In this document: positions 14,414 to 22,359 of the stretch, in pieces
How positions within the stretch are numbered: position 1 is the first letter of the stretch
Layout: every line of letters starts with the position of its first letter
Origin: a virus
Taxonomy: Duplodnaviria; Caudoviricetes
DNA: 39,703 nt
Strand: one strand, 5' to 3'
IMG/VR virus record: IMGVR_UViG_3300025879_000002
Coordinates: 1-39,703 of that record
Program-made: the position numbers and the translations under genes
Notes under the pieces: generated by a model
Told to the model about the DNA's origin: nothing
Seen by the model: the letters and a program-made list of their open reading frames with translations, nothing else
The model's database searches: none

Positions 14414-16176
14414 ACATAGATTATAGTAGAGATGATTTACTAACACACTTTGGTAAGAAGACATTAAAAGATAGATACTTATTACCAGAAGAGAAATCAC
14501 CACAAGATGCATTTGCTAGAGCAGCAACAGCTTTTTCTGATAACCCAGAGATGGCGCAAAGAATATATGATTATGCATCTAAGTTATGGTTTATGTATTC
14601 TACACCTGTGTTGTCTAATGGTGGTTCTATCAGAGGCATGCCTATTTCATGTTTCTTAAATTATGTTGGTGACAGCAGAGAAGGATTAACAGGCCATTAC
14701 ACAGAGAACGCTTGGCTTGCATCTGTTGGTGGTGGTATTGGTGGCTACTGGGGACACGTACGTTCTGACGGTACAGCAACATCAGGTGGTTCACAATCTT
14801 CTGGTTCAATACCATTCATGCATGTTGTTGACAGTGAGATACTTGCTTTCTCTCAAGGTAAAACTAGAAGAGGTAGTTATGCATCATACATGGACATCAC
14901 ACACCCAGAGATAATTGAGTTTATAGAAATGAGAAAACCTACTGGTGGTGATGCGCATAGAAAGAATTTAAATTTACATCATGGAATAAACATAACTAAT
15001 GAGTTCATGGAGTTGATTGACAAGTGTATTAAAGAACCAACTTATGATGATACATGGAAACTTATTGACCCACACACAAAGAAAGTTGTCCGTACTATCT
15101 CAGCAAGAGATTTGTGGTTAAAGATATTAGACACAAGAGTACAGACTGGTGAGCCATACATATCATTTATTGATACAGTAAATGAAGCACTGCCTGAAAC
15201 ACAAAAGAACTTAGGATTAAAAGTACATCACTCTAATTTATGTAGTGAAATAACTTTGCCTACTTCTGAAAATAGAACAGCTGTTTGTTGTCTATCTAGT
15301 GTTAACTTAGAAAAGTATGATGAATGGAAAAACGATACATTGTTCATACCAGACTTAATTAGATTTTTAGATAATGTGTTACAACATTTTATTGACCATG
15401 CTCCTGAGCAATTGTTTAGAGCTAGGTTCAGTGCATCACAAGAACGTAGTCTTGGTTTAGGTGCTATGGGTTTTCATGCATACTTACAATCTAAAAACAT
15501 ACCGTTTGAGTCTGCTATTGCTAAGTCAATTAATTTAAAAATATTTAAAAGTATTAAAGAACAAGCTGTAAGAGAAAGTGAAAGACTTGCAGTTAAAAGA
15601 GGTGTGGCTCCAGACATGGAAGGTACTAAGCTACGTAATGCACACCTGTTAGCTATTGCACCTAATGCATCTAGTTCTATTATTTGTGGTACAACATCAC
15701 CTTCAATAGAACCATACAGAGCTAATGCTTATGTACAGAAAACAATGTCAGGTTCATTCTTAGTTAAGAATAAACATTTAGAAAAACTATTAGAAAAGAA
15801 AGGATTAAACAATGATGATATATGGACATCCATTATCTCTCAAAGAGGTTCGGTCGCTCATGTCAAAGGCTTGTCAGACACTGAGAAAGATATTTTCAAA
15901 ACTGCAATTGAGATAGACCAGAGATGGTTAATTGAACATGCGGCTGATAGACAACAATACATTTGTCAGAGCCAAAGTTTAAACATATTTATACCAGCTG
16001 ATGTGCACATTAAAGAGTTACATAACTTGCACATGATGGCTTGGAAAAAGAAAATTAAAACATTATACTATTGTCGTTCTGAAGCAATCAAGAGAGCGGA
16101 ACTAGTATCACAAAAAATAAAGCGAGATGTTATCCCTGAATGGAAAGAGGATGATTGTCTTGCTTGTGAAGGATAG
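14410..16176 (+). CDS. nrdA: Ribonucleotide reductase class I alpha subunit
   Basis: STP, SCF, SNLCSEI, APNASSS, LYY, C-terminal CLACEG. No ATP cone. Confidence 0.97.
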   Translation: MNIDYSRDDLLTHFGKKTLKDRYLLPEEKSPQDAFARAATAFSDNPEMAQRIYDYASKLWFMYSTPVLSNGGSIRGMPISCFLNYVGDSREGLTGHYTENAWLASVGGGIGGYWGHVRSDGTATSGGSQSSGSIPFMHVVDSEILAFSQGKTRRGSYASYMDITHPEIIEFIEMRKPTGGDAHRKNLNLHHGINITNEFMELIDKCIKEPTYDDTWKLIDPHTKKVVRTISARDLWLKILDTRVQTGEPYISFIDTVNEALPETQKNLGLKVHHSNLCSEITLPTSENRTAVCCLSSVNLEKYDEWKNDTLFIPDLIRFLDNVLQHFIDHAPEQLFRARFSASQERSLGLGAMGFHAYLQSKNIPFESAIAKSINLKIFKSIKEQAVRESERLAVKRGVAPDMEGTKLRNAHLLAIAPNASSSIICGTTSPSIEPYRANAYVQKTMSGSFLVKNKHLEKLLEKKGLNNDDIWTSIISQRGSVAHVKGLSDTEKDIFKTAIEIDQRWLIEHAADRQQYICQSQSLNIFIPADVHIKELHNLHMMAWKKKIKTLYYCRSEAIKRAELVSQKIKRDVIPEWKEDDCLACEG

Positions 16177-16186
16177 GAAAGGGACT

Positions 16187-17137
16187 ATGCCATTATTTAA
16201 AGAAAGAGTACATTATAAACCATTTGAATATGACTGGGCGTTTGAAGCTTACGACATGCAACAGAAGATGCACTGGTTACCAAGTGAGGTACCATTACAT
16301 GAAGACGTTAGAGATTGGAATGAAAGATTAACACAAGAAGAAAAGAACTTAATAAATCAAATATTAAAATTCTTTACACAAGGTGATGTAGATATAGCGC
16401 AAGCATATTTAGATACTTATATTCCTAAATTTAAACCACCTGAAATTAGAATGATGTTGTCTGCTATTGCTACATCAGAAGCAAACCATGCACATAGTTA
16501 TTCATTATTAAATGATACTATTGGTATGCCTGAAAGTGACTACAAAGCATTTCAAGAATACAAAGAAATGTCAGACAAACATAATTATTTGTTTTCTAAA
16601 AAAGGAACTGGAGTAGAAGGACTCGCAAGAGACATGGCTTGTTTCTCTGCGTTTGGTGAAGGCCTACAATTGTTTGCCTCTTTTGTTATGTTACTAAATT
16701 TTCAAAGGTTTGGTAGAATGAAAGGTATGTGTCAGATTGTAACTTGGTCTATCAGAGATGAGACACACCATGTAGAAAACATGCTTAAGTTGTTTAAAGA
16801 ACTAATAAAAGAAAACCCAAATATTTGGACAGAAAAATTTAAAGCAAGTATCTATCAAACATGTAGAGATATGGTTGACCTAGAAGATAAGTTTATTGAT
16901 TTAGCTTTTAACATGGGTGGTATTAGAGGTTTAAAATCAGAAGAAGTTAAACAATATATTAGATATATTGCTGATAGAAGACTGTTACAATTGTCTTTAA
17001 AACCTAATTATGGTGTAAAAGATAACCCATTAGCATGGTTAGATTGGGTTCTTAACGGTGTAGAACATGCTAATTTCTTTGAGAATAGAGCAACAGAATA
17101 TAACAAAGGTACTATAACTGGTAGCTTGTGGGACTAA
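16187..17137 (+). CDS. nrdB: Ribonucleotide reductase class Ia beta subunit
   Basis: EANHAHSY (radical Tyr), EGLQLF, RDETHH, NFFE. Probable start 16187. Confidence 0.96.
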   Translation: MPLFKERVHYKPFEYDWAFEAYDMQQKMHWLPSEVPLHEDVRDWNERLTQEEKNLINQILKFFTQGDVDIAQAYLDTYIPKFKPPEIRMMLSAIATSEANHAHSYSLLNDTIGMPESDYKAFQEYKEMSDKHNYLFSKKGTGVEGLARDMACFSAFGEGLQLFASFVMLLNFQRFGRMKGMCQIVTWSIRDETHHVENMLKLFKELIKENPNIWTEKFKASIYQTCRDMVDLEDKFIDLAFNMGGIRGLKSEEVKQYIRYIADRRLLQLSLKPNYGVKDNPLAWLDWVLNGVEHANFFENRATEYNKGTITGSLWD

Positions 17138-17152
17138 AGTACCCTTTTTAGA
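17135..17152 (+). promoter_or_regulatory. Phage late promoter candidate (phi6.5-like)
   Basis: TAAAGTACCCTTTTTAGA at the boundary between replication and structural modules. Confidence 0.8.
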
Positions 17153-17162
17153 AGAATAAAAT

Positions 17163-17345
17163 ATGAATGATTTAGACGACATAGTGTTACCAACTACGGT
17201 TGATGACCTAGTTAAAATGCTTAATAAAATATATCCAGAGAAATCACCATCTTTAGAAGATGATACTAAGACAATATATTTTAAAGCAGGTCAACGTGAT
17301 GTTGTTAATTTCATCAACACTTTAAAGGAAAGGTCTGAGAAATAA
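17163..17345 (+). CDS. Small conserved protein (gp6.5 position)
   Basis: LxxxYP...AGQRDVV pattern and synteny. Confidence 0.75.
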   Translation: MNDLDDIVLPTTVDDLVKMLNKIYPEKSPSLEDDTKTIYFKAGQRDVVNFINTLKERSEK

Positions 17346-17347
17346 AT

Positions 17348-17566
17348 ATGTGTCTATCAACACCTAAAGTACCAGAAGTAAAGCCTGCTCCACCACCTGT
17401 GCCACCATCACCAATTGGTGAACAAGTTGCACCTGAGGTTAAAACAGCAGTAGAGGATACTTCGCCTGAAACAAGAAAAAAGAAGGCTAGAAAAACAGGT
17501 ACTTCTGCTTTACAAACTACATCTGGTTTGAATATACCTACTACATCTGGTTTAAATATATCATAA
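17348..17566 (+). CDS. Small virion protein (gp6.7/7.3-like)
   Basis: MC start, Pro-rich, duplicated TTSGLNI, directly before the portal. Confidence 0.7.
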   Translation: MCLSTPKVPEVKPAPPPVPPSPIGEQVAPEVKTAVEDTSPETRKKKARKTGTSALQTTSGLNIPTTSGLNIS

Positions 17567-17569
17567 TCT

Positions 17570-19138
17570 ATGGCGTACAGCGATATTAATATGTTACAAG
17601 ATACCGCTAAACAAAGATATGAGAAGTTAAAACAAGATAGAGAACACTTCTTAGACAGAGCTCAAGAATGTAGTGAGCTTACTATCCCATCATTATTACC
17701 ACCAGATGGATTTCATTCATCTAGTGATTTATACAATCCCTTCCAATCAGTTGGAGCAAGAGGAGTAAACAATTTAGCATCTAAATTATTACTTTTATTA
17801 CTACCACCAAACTCCCCATTTTTTAGATTATCAATAGCAGGACAAGCAAAGAAAGATTTAGAACAACAAAAAGAAATTAAATCTGAAGTAGAGAAATCAT
17901 TAGCTACTATTGAAAGAGAAGTCTCTGCTAAAATTGAACAACTTGCTCTTAGAGTATCTGTGTTTGAAGCATTAAAACATTTAATTGTTGCTGGTAATGT
18001 GTTAACTTATTTACCTAAAAAAGGTACAATGAGAGTTTATCCATTAACAAACTATGTGGTCAGAAGAGATGCTAGTGGTAATATATTAGAGATAGTTATT
18101 AAAGAAAGTATTACTCCATTAGACTTAAGTGAAGAAATTAGAAATCAAGTTATTGCAGACGCTGATTATAAATCAGATGAAGATGTAGATATTTTCACAC
18201 ACATATATAAATTAAATCAAGACAAATATTATGTATGCCAAGAAGTTAAAGGAATTAAAATACCTGAGTCTATTGGTAATTACTCTTTAGACAATATGCC
18301 ATATCAAGCATTAAGAATGGTAAGAGTTGATAATGAAGATTACGGTAGAGGGTATGTAGAAGAATTTTTAGGAGATTTAAAATCATTAGAAGGTTTGTCT
18401 CAATCACTTGTAGAAAGTGCTGCTGCATCTTCTAAAGTAGTATTCATGGTAAAACCTAATTCAGTTACTAGAAAGAAAGATTTATCTATGACTAGAAATG
18501 GTGACATCATTACTGGTTCAAGAGATGATGTTGCAGTATTACAAACTGAAAAACAATATGACTTGCAAGTAGTTGAAAGAAGTATTGCAAAGTTAGAAGA
18601 AAGAATGTCATACGCTTTCTTATTACACACAGCAATACAAAGAAATGCAGAAAGAGTTACTGCTCAAGAAATTAGATATATGGCAGAACAATTAGAAACT
18701 TCTATGGGTGGTATTTATTCTTTATTGTCTCAAGAGTTTCAATTACCTTTGGTGACCATATTAATGAAAAGAATGTCTCAATCAAATGAGATACCTTCTT
18801 TACCTAAGAACTCTGTAAAACCAACCATCATTACAGGTATAGAAGCTTTAGGTAGAGGAAATGATTTACAGAAATTAAGAGAATTTGTTGCTGAGGTTGC
18901 AAACCTAGCACAAGTAAATCCACAGATTGTTCAATCACTGAACACTCAGGATTTAATAAAACGAATTGCTACTGGCTTAGGAATAGATACAGAAGGCTTA
19001 ATGAAATCAGAAGAAGAATTAGCCGCTGAGCAAGATGCAATGATGAGTCAAATGCAGAACCAGCAAATTATGGGTATGGCTGAAAAAGCTGTAGCTCCTA
19101 TTGCTAGTGGCATTATGAAACAACAAGAGGAAGAATAA
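17570..19138 (+). CDS. Portal / head-tail connector (gp8-like)
   Basis: QSVGARGVNNLASKL, YGRGYVEE, ERVTAQEIR, ALGRG. Confidence 0.97.
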   Translation: MAYSDINMLQDTAKQRYEKLKQDREHFLDRAQECSELTIPSLLPPDGFHSSSDLYNPFQSVGARGVNNLASKLLLLLLPPNSPFFRLSIAGQAKKDLEQQKEIKSEVEKSLATIEREVSAKIEQLALRVSVFEALKHLIVAGNVLTYLPKKGTMRVYPLTNYVVRRDASGNILEIVIKESITPLDLSEEIRNQVIADADYKSDEDVDIFTHIYKLNQDKYYVCQEVKGIKIPESIGNYSLDNMPYQALRMVRVDNEDYGRGYVEEFLGDLKSLEGLSQSLVESAAASSKVVFMVKPNSVTRKKDLSMTRNGDIITGSRDDVAVLQTEKQYDLQVVERSIAKLEERMSYAFLLHTAIQRNAERVTAQEIRYMAEQLETSMGGIYSLLSQEFQLPLVTILMKRMSQSNEIPSLPKNSVKPTIITGIEALGRGNDLQKLREFVAEVANLAQVNPQIVQSLNTQDLIKRIATGLGIDTEGLMKSEEELAAEQDAMMSQMQNQQIMGMAEKAVAPIASGIMKQQEEE

Positions 19139-19140
19139 AC

Positions 19141-19911
19141 ATGGTAGATAAAGTAGAAATAACGGCAGAACAAACTACTGCTGAGAAACCTGTTGTAGAA
19201 GAAACACAACAGACAGAACAAACAAACGAGACACAGTCCACACAAAGTAAACCAGAAGGTTTGCCAGAAAAATTTACTTCAGTTGAAGAGCTGGCTAAAT
19301 CATATTCTGAGTTAGAAAAGAAACTTGGTGAGCAATCTCAACAAAGACCATCACCTTCTAAACCAAATCCTAGTAATGATAAGGCAACTTTAGAAGTCGC
19401 TGAAAATGCTGTACAAGATGCTGGTTTAGATATGACTACTCTTCAACAAGAGTATTCAGAAAAAGGTGAACTAGATGCTAAGTCATACGAAGCATTAGAA
19501 AAGGTTGGTATAACAAAACAATATGTTGATAATTATATTGCTGGTCAGCAAGCGTTGGCTGAACAAACGGCATCAGAAATAAAAGATACTGTAGGTGGTA
19601 ATGAAGCATACAATGAGATGGTTCAATGGGCTGCTACAAATATGACTGATGGTGAAAGACAAGCTTACAACAAAGCTGTTAACAGTCCTGATAAAGAAAC
19701 TGTTAAACTTGCAGTCAATGCACTTAAAGCTCAATATGAAAGAGCCAATGGTGTTGAACCTAGATTAGTAGAAGGTAAAGCTACACCAACTGCTGAACAA
19801 GGTTTTCAATCTTGGGCACAAGTTACTGAAGCTATGGCTGACCCTAGATATGCTAAAGATACAGCTTATCAAGCAGAAGTAAAAGCTAAACTAGAAAACT
19901 CTAACTTATAG
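19141..19911 (+). CDS. Capsid scaffolding protein (gp9-like)
   Basis: Acidic, LPEKF, VGGxEAY..WA, DPRY..D..Y. Confidence 0.92.
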   Translation: MVDKVEITAEQTTAEKPVVEETQQTEQTNETQSTQSKPEGLPEKFTSVEELAKSYSELEKKLGEQSQQRPSPSKPNPSNDKATLEVAENAVQDAGLDMTTLQQEYSEKGELDAKSYEALEKVGITKQYVDNYIAGQQALAEQTASEIKDTVGGNEAYNEMVQWAATNMTDGERQAYNKAVNSPDKETVKLAVNALKAQYERANGVEPRLVEGKATPTAEQGFQSWAQVTEAMADPRYAKDTAYQAEVKAKLENSNL

Positions 19912-19921
19912 GAAAACAATT

Positions 19922-20038
19922 ATGCCAATGACTAAAAAATCAAAGAAAATGAAAAGTGCTATGAGTAAAACTTATGGTAAGAAAAAAGGCGCCAAAGTAT
20001 TTTATGCTACAGCTAAGAAAAGAGGCATGAAAGCATAA
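19922..20038 (+). CDS. Lys-rich peptide (38 aa), not in ORF track
   Basis: MPMTKKSKKMKSAMSKTYGKKKGAKVFYATAKKRGMKA, AGGA RBS, TAATG coupling to the next ORF. Confidence 0.75.
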   Translation: MPMTKKSKKMKSAMSKTYGKKKGAKVFYATAKKRGMKA

Positions 20039-20187
20039 TGGCAAAACAAGGACTATACGCTAACATACATGCTAAACGTAAAAGAATAGCAGCTGGTAGT
20101 AAAGAAAAAATGCGTAAGGTTGGGAGCAAAGGTGCTCCAACTGCAAAGCAATTTAAGAGAGCAGCTAAGACAGCTAAGAAAAAGTAA
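20038..20187 (+). CDS. Lys/Arg-rich peptide (49 aa), not in ORF track
   Basis: MAKQGLYANIHAKRKRIAAGSKEKMRKVGSKGAPTAKQFKRAAKTAKKK, TAATG at both ends. Confidence 0.85.
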   Translation: MAKQGLYANIHAKRKRIAAGSKEKMRKVGSKGAPTAKQFKRAAKTAKKK

Positions 20188-20429
20188 TGGTTGCCAAGAA
20201 ATATCAAAGTCCATCTGGCGGCTTAAATGCCGCTGGAAGAAAATATTTTAAAAGAACTGAAGGTTCCAATTTAAAAGCTCCTGTTACAGGTAAAGTAAAA
20301 AGAGGTTCTAAAGCTGCGGCCAGAAGAAAATCTTTTTGTGCTCGTATGTCTGGAGTAAAAGGTGCTATGGTTAAAAATGGTAAACCTACTAGAAAAGCAT
20401 TAGCACTTAGAAAATGGAAATGTAATTAA
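20187..20429 (+). CDS. Basic protein (80 aa)
   Basis: GGLNAAGR, RRKSFCARM, LRKWKC pattern seen in marine phages. Confidence 0.85.
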   Translation: MVAKKYQSPSGGLNAAGRKYFKRTEGSNLKAPVTGKVKRGSKAAARRKSFCARMSGVKGAMVKNGKPTRKALALRKWKCN

Positions 20430-20542
20430 TGTCACCATTAGGTGAAAAGATATTTAGACTTAAGTGTCTAATAATGAAATGTCGGGAGAGAGGAAAATTC
20501 TCTCTTGCCATTAAGTTAGCTAATAGGTTAGCTAGCTTATAG
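20429..20542 (+). CDS. Basic peptide (37 aa), not in ORF track
   Basis: MSPLGEKIFRLKCLIMKCRERGKFSLAIKLANRLASL, TAATG coupling. Confidence 0.5.
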   Translation: MSPLGEKIFRLKCLIMKCRERGKFSLAIKLANRLASL

Positions 20543-20560
20543 TTGTGCACTCTTATTAGA
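20543..20560 (+). promoter_or_regulatory. Divergent phage promoter candidate (phi10 position)
   Basis: TTGTGCACTCTTATTAGA keeps G-x-AC-x-C-N4-TAGA and sits upstream of the capsid gene. Confidence 0.4.
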
Positions 20561-20690
20561 GGGCAACTGCCAAAACATAAACAAAGTCTAACGACTTGAC
20601 CGCTTGCGGGCGACAATCTTGTTTGTGAAACTGGAGTATATGTAGAGGCTTTTATAAACCTAACGTCAAACCATAAAAAGGAGAACTATT

Positions 20691-21677
20691 ATGGCAAACG
20701 CAACCCCTGTTAGTGTTGGTAAAATCAACGCTGGTGGTAGTGAAGACGCTCTGTTTCTGAAAGTTTTTGCAGGTGAGGTACTTACTTCATTTGAAAGAGC
20801 TTCAGTTACTGAAGGTGCTGAAATGGTAAGAAGCATTGCTTCTGGTAAATCAGCAACTTTCCCAGTAATGGGTAGAGTAGGAGCGTCATATCATACTGCT
20901 GGTGCAGAAATTACTGGCTCTGACGTAAACCACAATGAGAAAGTCATTACAATTAATGACCTTCTATTATCTTCAGTATTCTTATCGAATATCGAAGAAG
21001 CTAAAAACCATTGGGATGTAAGAAGTGCATATTCTACTGAAATCGGTAGAGCACTTGCTTTCCAAAAAGATAAGCATATCTTACAAACTATTGGTCAAGC
21101 AGCACAAGCATCTGCAAACGTATCTGATTCTGGATATGGTACAGGTACTGTATTAACAAATACTTCAATCGCATCTGCAACAGCTTCAACTGCTGCTGAC
21201 GCTATGATTGAAGAGTTGTTCAATGCAGCTAAAGCATTAGACGCTAACTACGTTCCAAAAGAAGGTAGAAAAGCGTTCATTAGACTAGAAGAATACTACA
21301 AACTAGCTAATGGAACTAATGTAACTAACGTTGACTTTAGTGGTCAGGGTTCAATCGCAGAAGGTAAAGTAATGAAAGTTGCTGGTATTGAATTAATACC
21401 AACTGCTCACTTTATCACTGCTGACTACTCTGCATCAACTGATGTAAACGGTGGTTCTGCTACAGCTGGTGGTTCTAACCCACAACAAGTTGACCTATCA
21501 AACTATGTTTGTTTAGTGTCTCACCCAAGTGCGGCTGGAACTGTTAAATTAATGGACTTGGCAGTTGAGTCAGAATATGACATCAGAAGACAAGGTACAT
21601 TAATGGTAGCTAAATACGCTATGGGACATGGTGTCCTAAGGCCTGAGGCTGCTGTAGGAATTAAAGAAGCTGCGTAA
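20691..21677 (+). CDS. Major capsid protein (gp10-like)
   Basis: ALFLKVFAGEV, GKSATFP, ITINDLL, GHGVLRPEAA. Confidence 0.97.
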   Translation: MANATPVSVGKINAGGSEDALFLKVFAGEVLTSFERASVTEGAEMVRSIASGKSATFPVMGRVGASYHTAGAEITGSDVNHNEKVITINDLLLSSVFLSNIEEAKNHWDVRSAYSTEIGRALAFQKDKHILQTIGQAAQASANVSDSGYGTGTVLTNTSIASATASTAADAMIEELFNAAKALDANYVPKEGRKAFIRLEEYYKLANGTNVTNVDFSGQGSIAEGKVMKVAGIELIPTAHFITADYSASTDVNGGSATAGGSNPQQVDLSNYVCLVSHPSAAGTVKLMDLAVESEYDIRRQGTLMVAKYAMGHGVLRPEAAVGIKEAA

Positions 21678-21697
21678 GCTTTTTTAACCAAATTGAT

Positions 21698-21727
21698 GAG
21701 GGGATGGGAAACTGTCCCCTTGTCTTT
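21698..21727 (+). terminator. Tphi-like terminator after the capsid gene
   Basis: GAGGGGATGG-GAAA-CTGTCCCCTT followed by GTCTTT. Confidence 0.75.
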
Positions 21728-21750
21728 ATCTAAAATATTATTAGGAGATT

Positions 21751-22359
21751 ATGACTACAAGAATTACACCAACGACTGAATTACAGGCGATAAACATTAT
21801 GTTGTCAACTATTGGTGAAGCTCCAGTTAACTCAATAACAGGAACTACAACAGTTGACGTATCTGTCGCTAAAAATATTTTAGATGAAACTTCAATGTCT
21901 ATTCAATCTCAAGGATGGCATTTCAACACCCACTATAAATACAATTCATTATCTTTAGACCAAGATAACAAAGTACCCCTTCCCGTAAACTGTGTTAAAG
22001 CTGACGCTAGTGCAGATTATAGATACTTAAATTACACTATGAGAAATGGTTATTTATATGATTTAGATAATCACACAGATGTATTTACTTCGGCTCCATC
22101 TGAAGTTGATTTAGTATTAGTACAACAGTTTGAACAATTACCAGAATATGCAAGACAATACATTACACTGAAAGCAGCTAGAAGATTTGCTGCTAGATAC
22201 ATTGGTGATAAAGCTATTATTGATTTAATTGCTGCTGATGAGAATGAAGCATTAATGTCTTTCCATCAAGCAGACAGTCAAGAAGCAGATGTTAATATGC
22301 TTAATGGTGATTCAAATACTTTCTCAATTATTAATAGACCAACTAGAAGGACATATTAA
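21751..22359 (+). CDS. Tail tubular protein A (gp11-like)
   Basis: ELQAINIMLSTIGEAPV, QSQGWHFN, YITLKAARRF. Confidence 0.95.
   Translation: MTTRITPTTELQAINIMLSTIGEAPVNSITGTTTVDVSVAKNILDETSMSIQSQGWHFNTHYKYNSLSLDQDNKVPLPVNCVKADASADYRYLNYTMRNGYLYDLDNHTDVFTSAPSEVDLVLVQQFEQLPEYARQYITLKAARRFAARYIGDKAIIDLIAADENEALMSFHQADSQEADVNMLNGDSNTFSIINRPTRRTY

Noticed and set aside
21640-21700. gp10B-type capsid frameshift extension
   Set aside because: No clear slippery site before the stop, and no room for an extension before the terminator.
21968-21985. AAAGTACCCCTT in tail tube A as a promoter
   Set aside because: It lacks the TAG after N4 and is explained by K-V-P-L codons.
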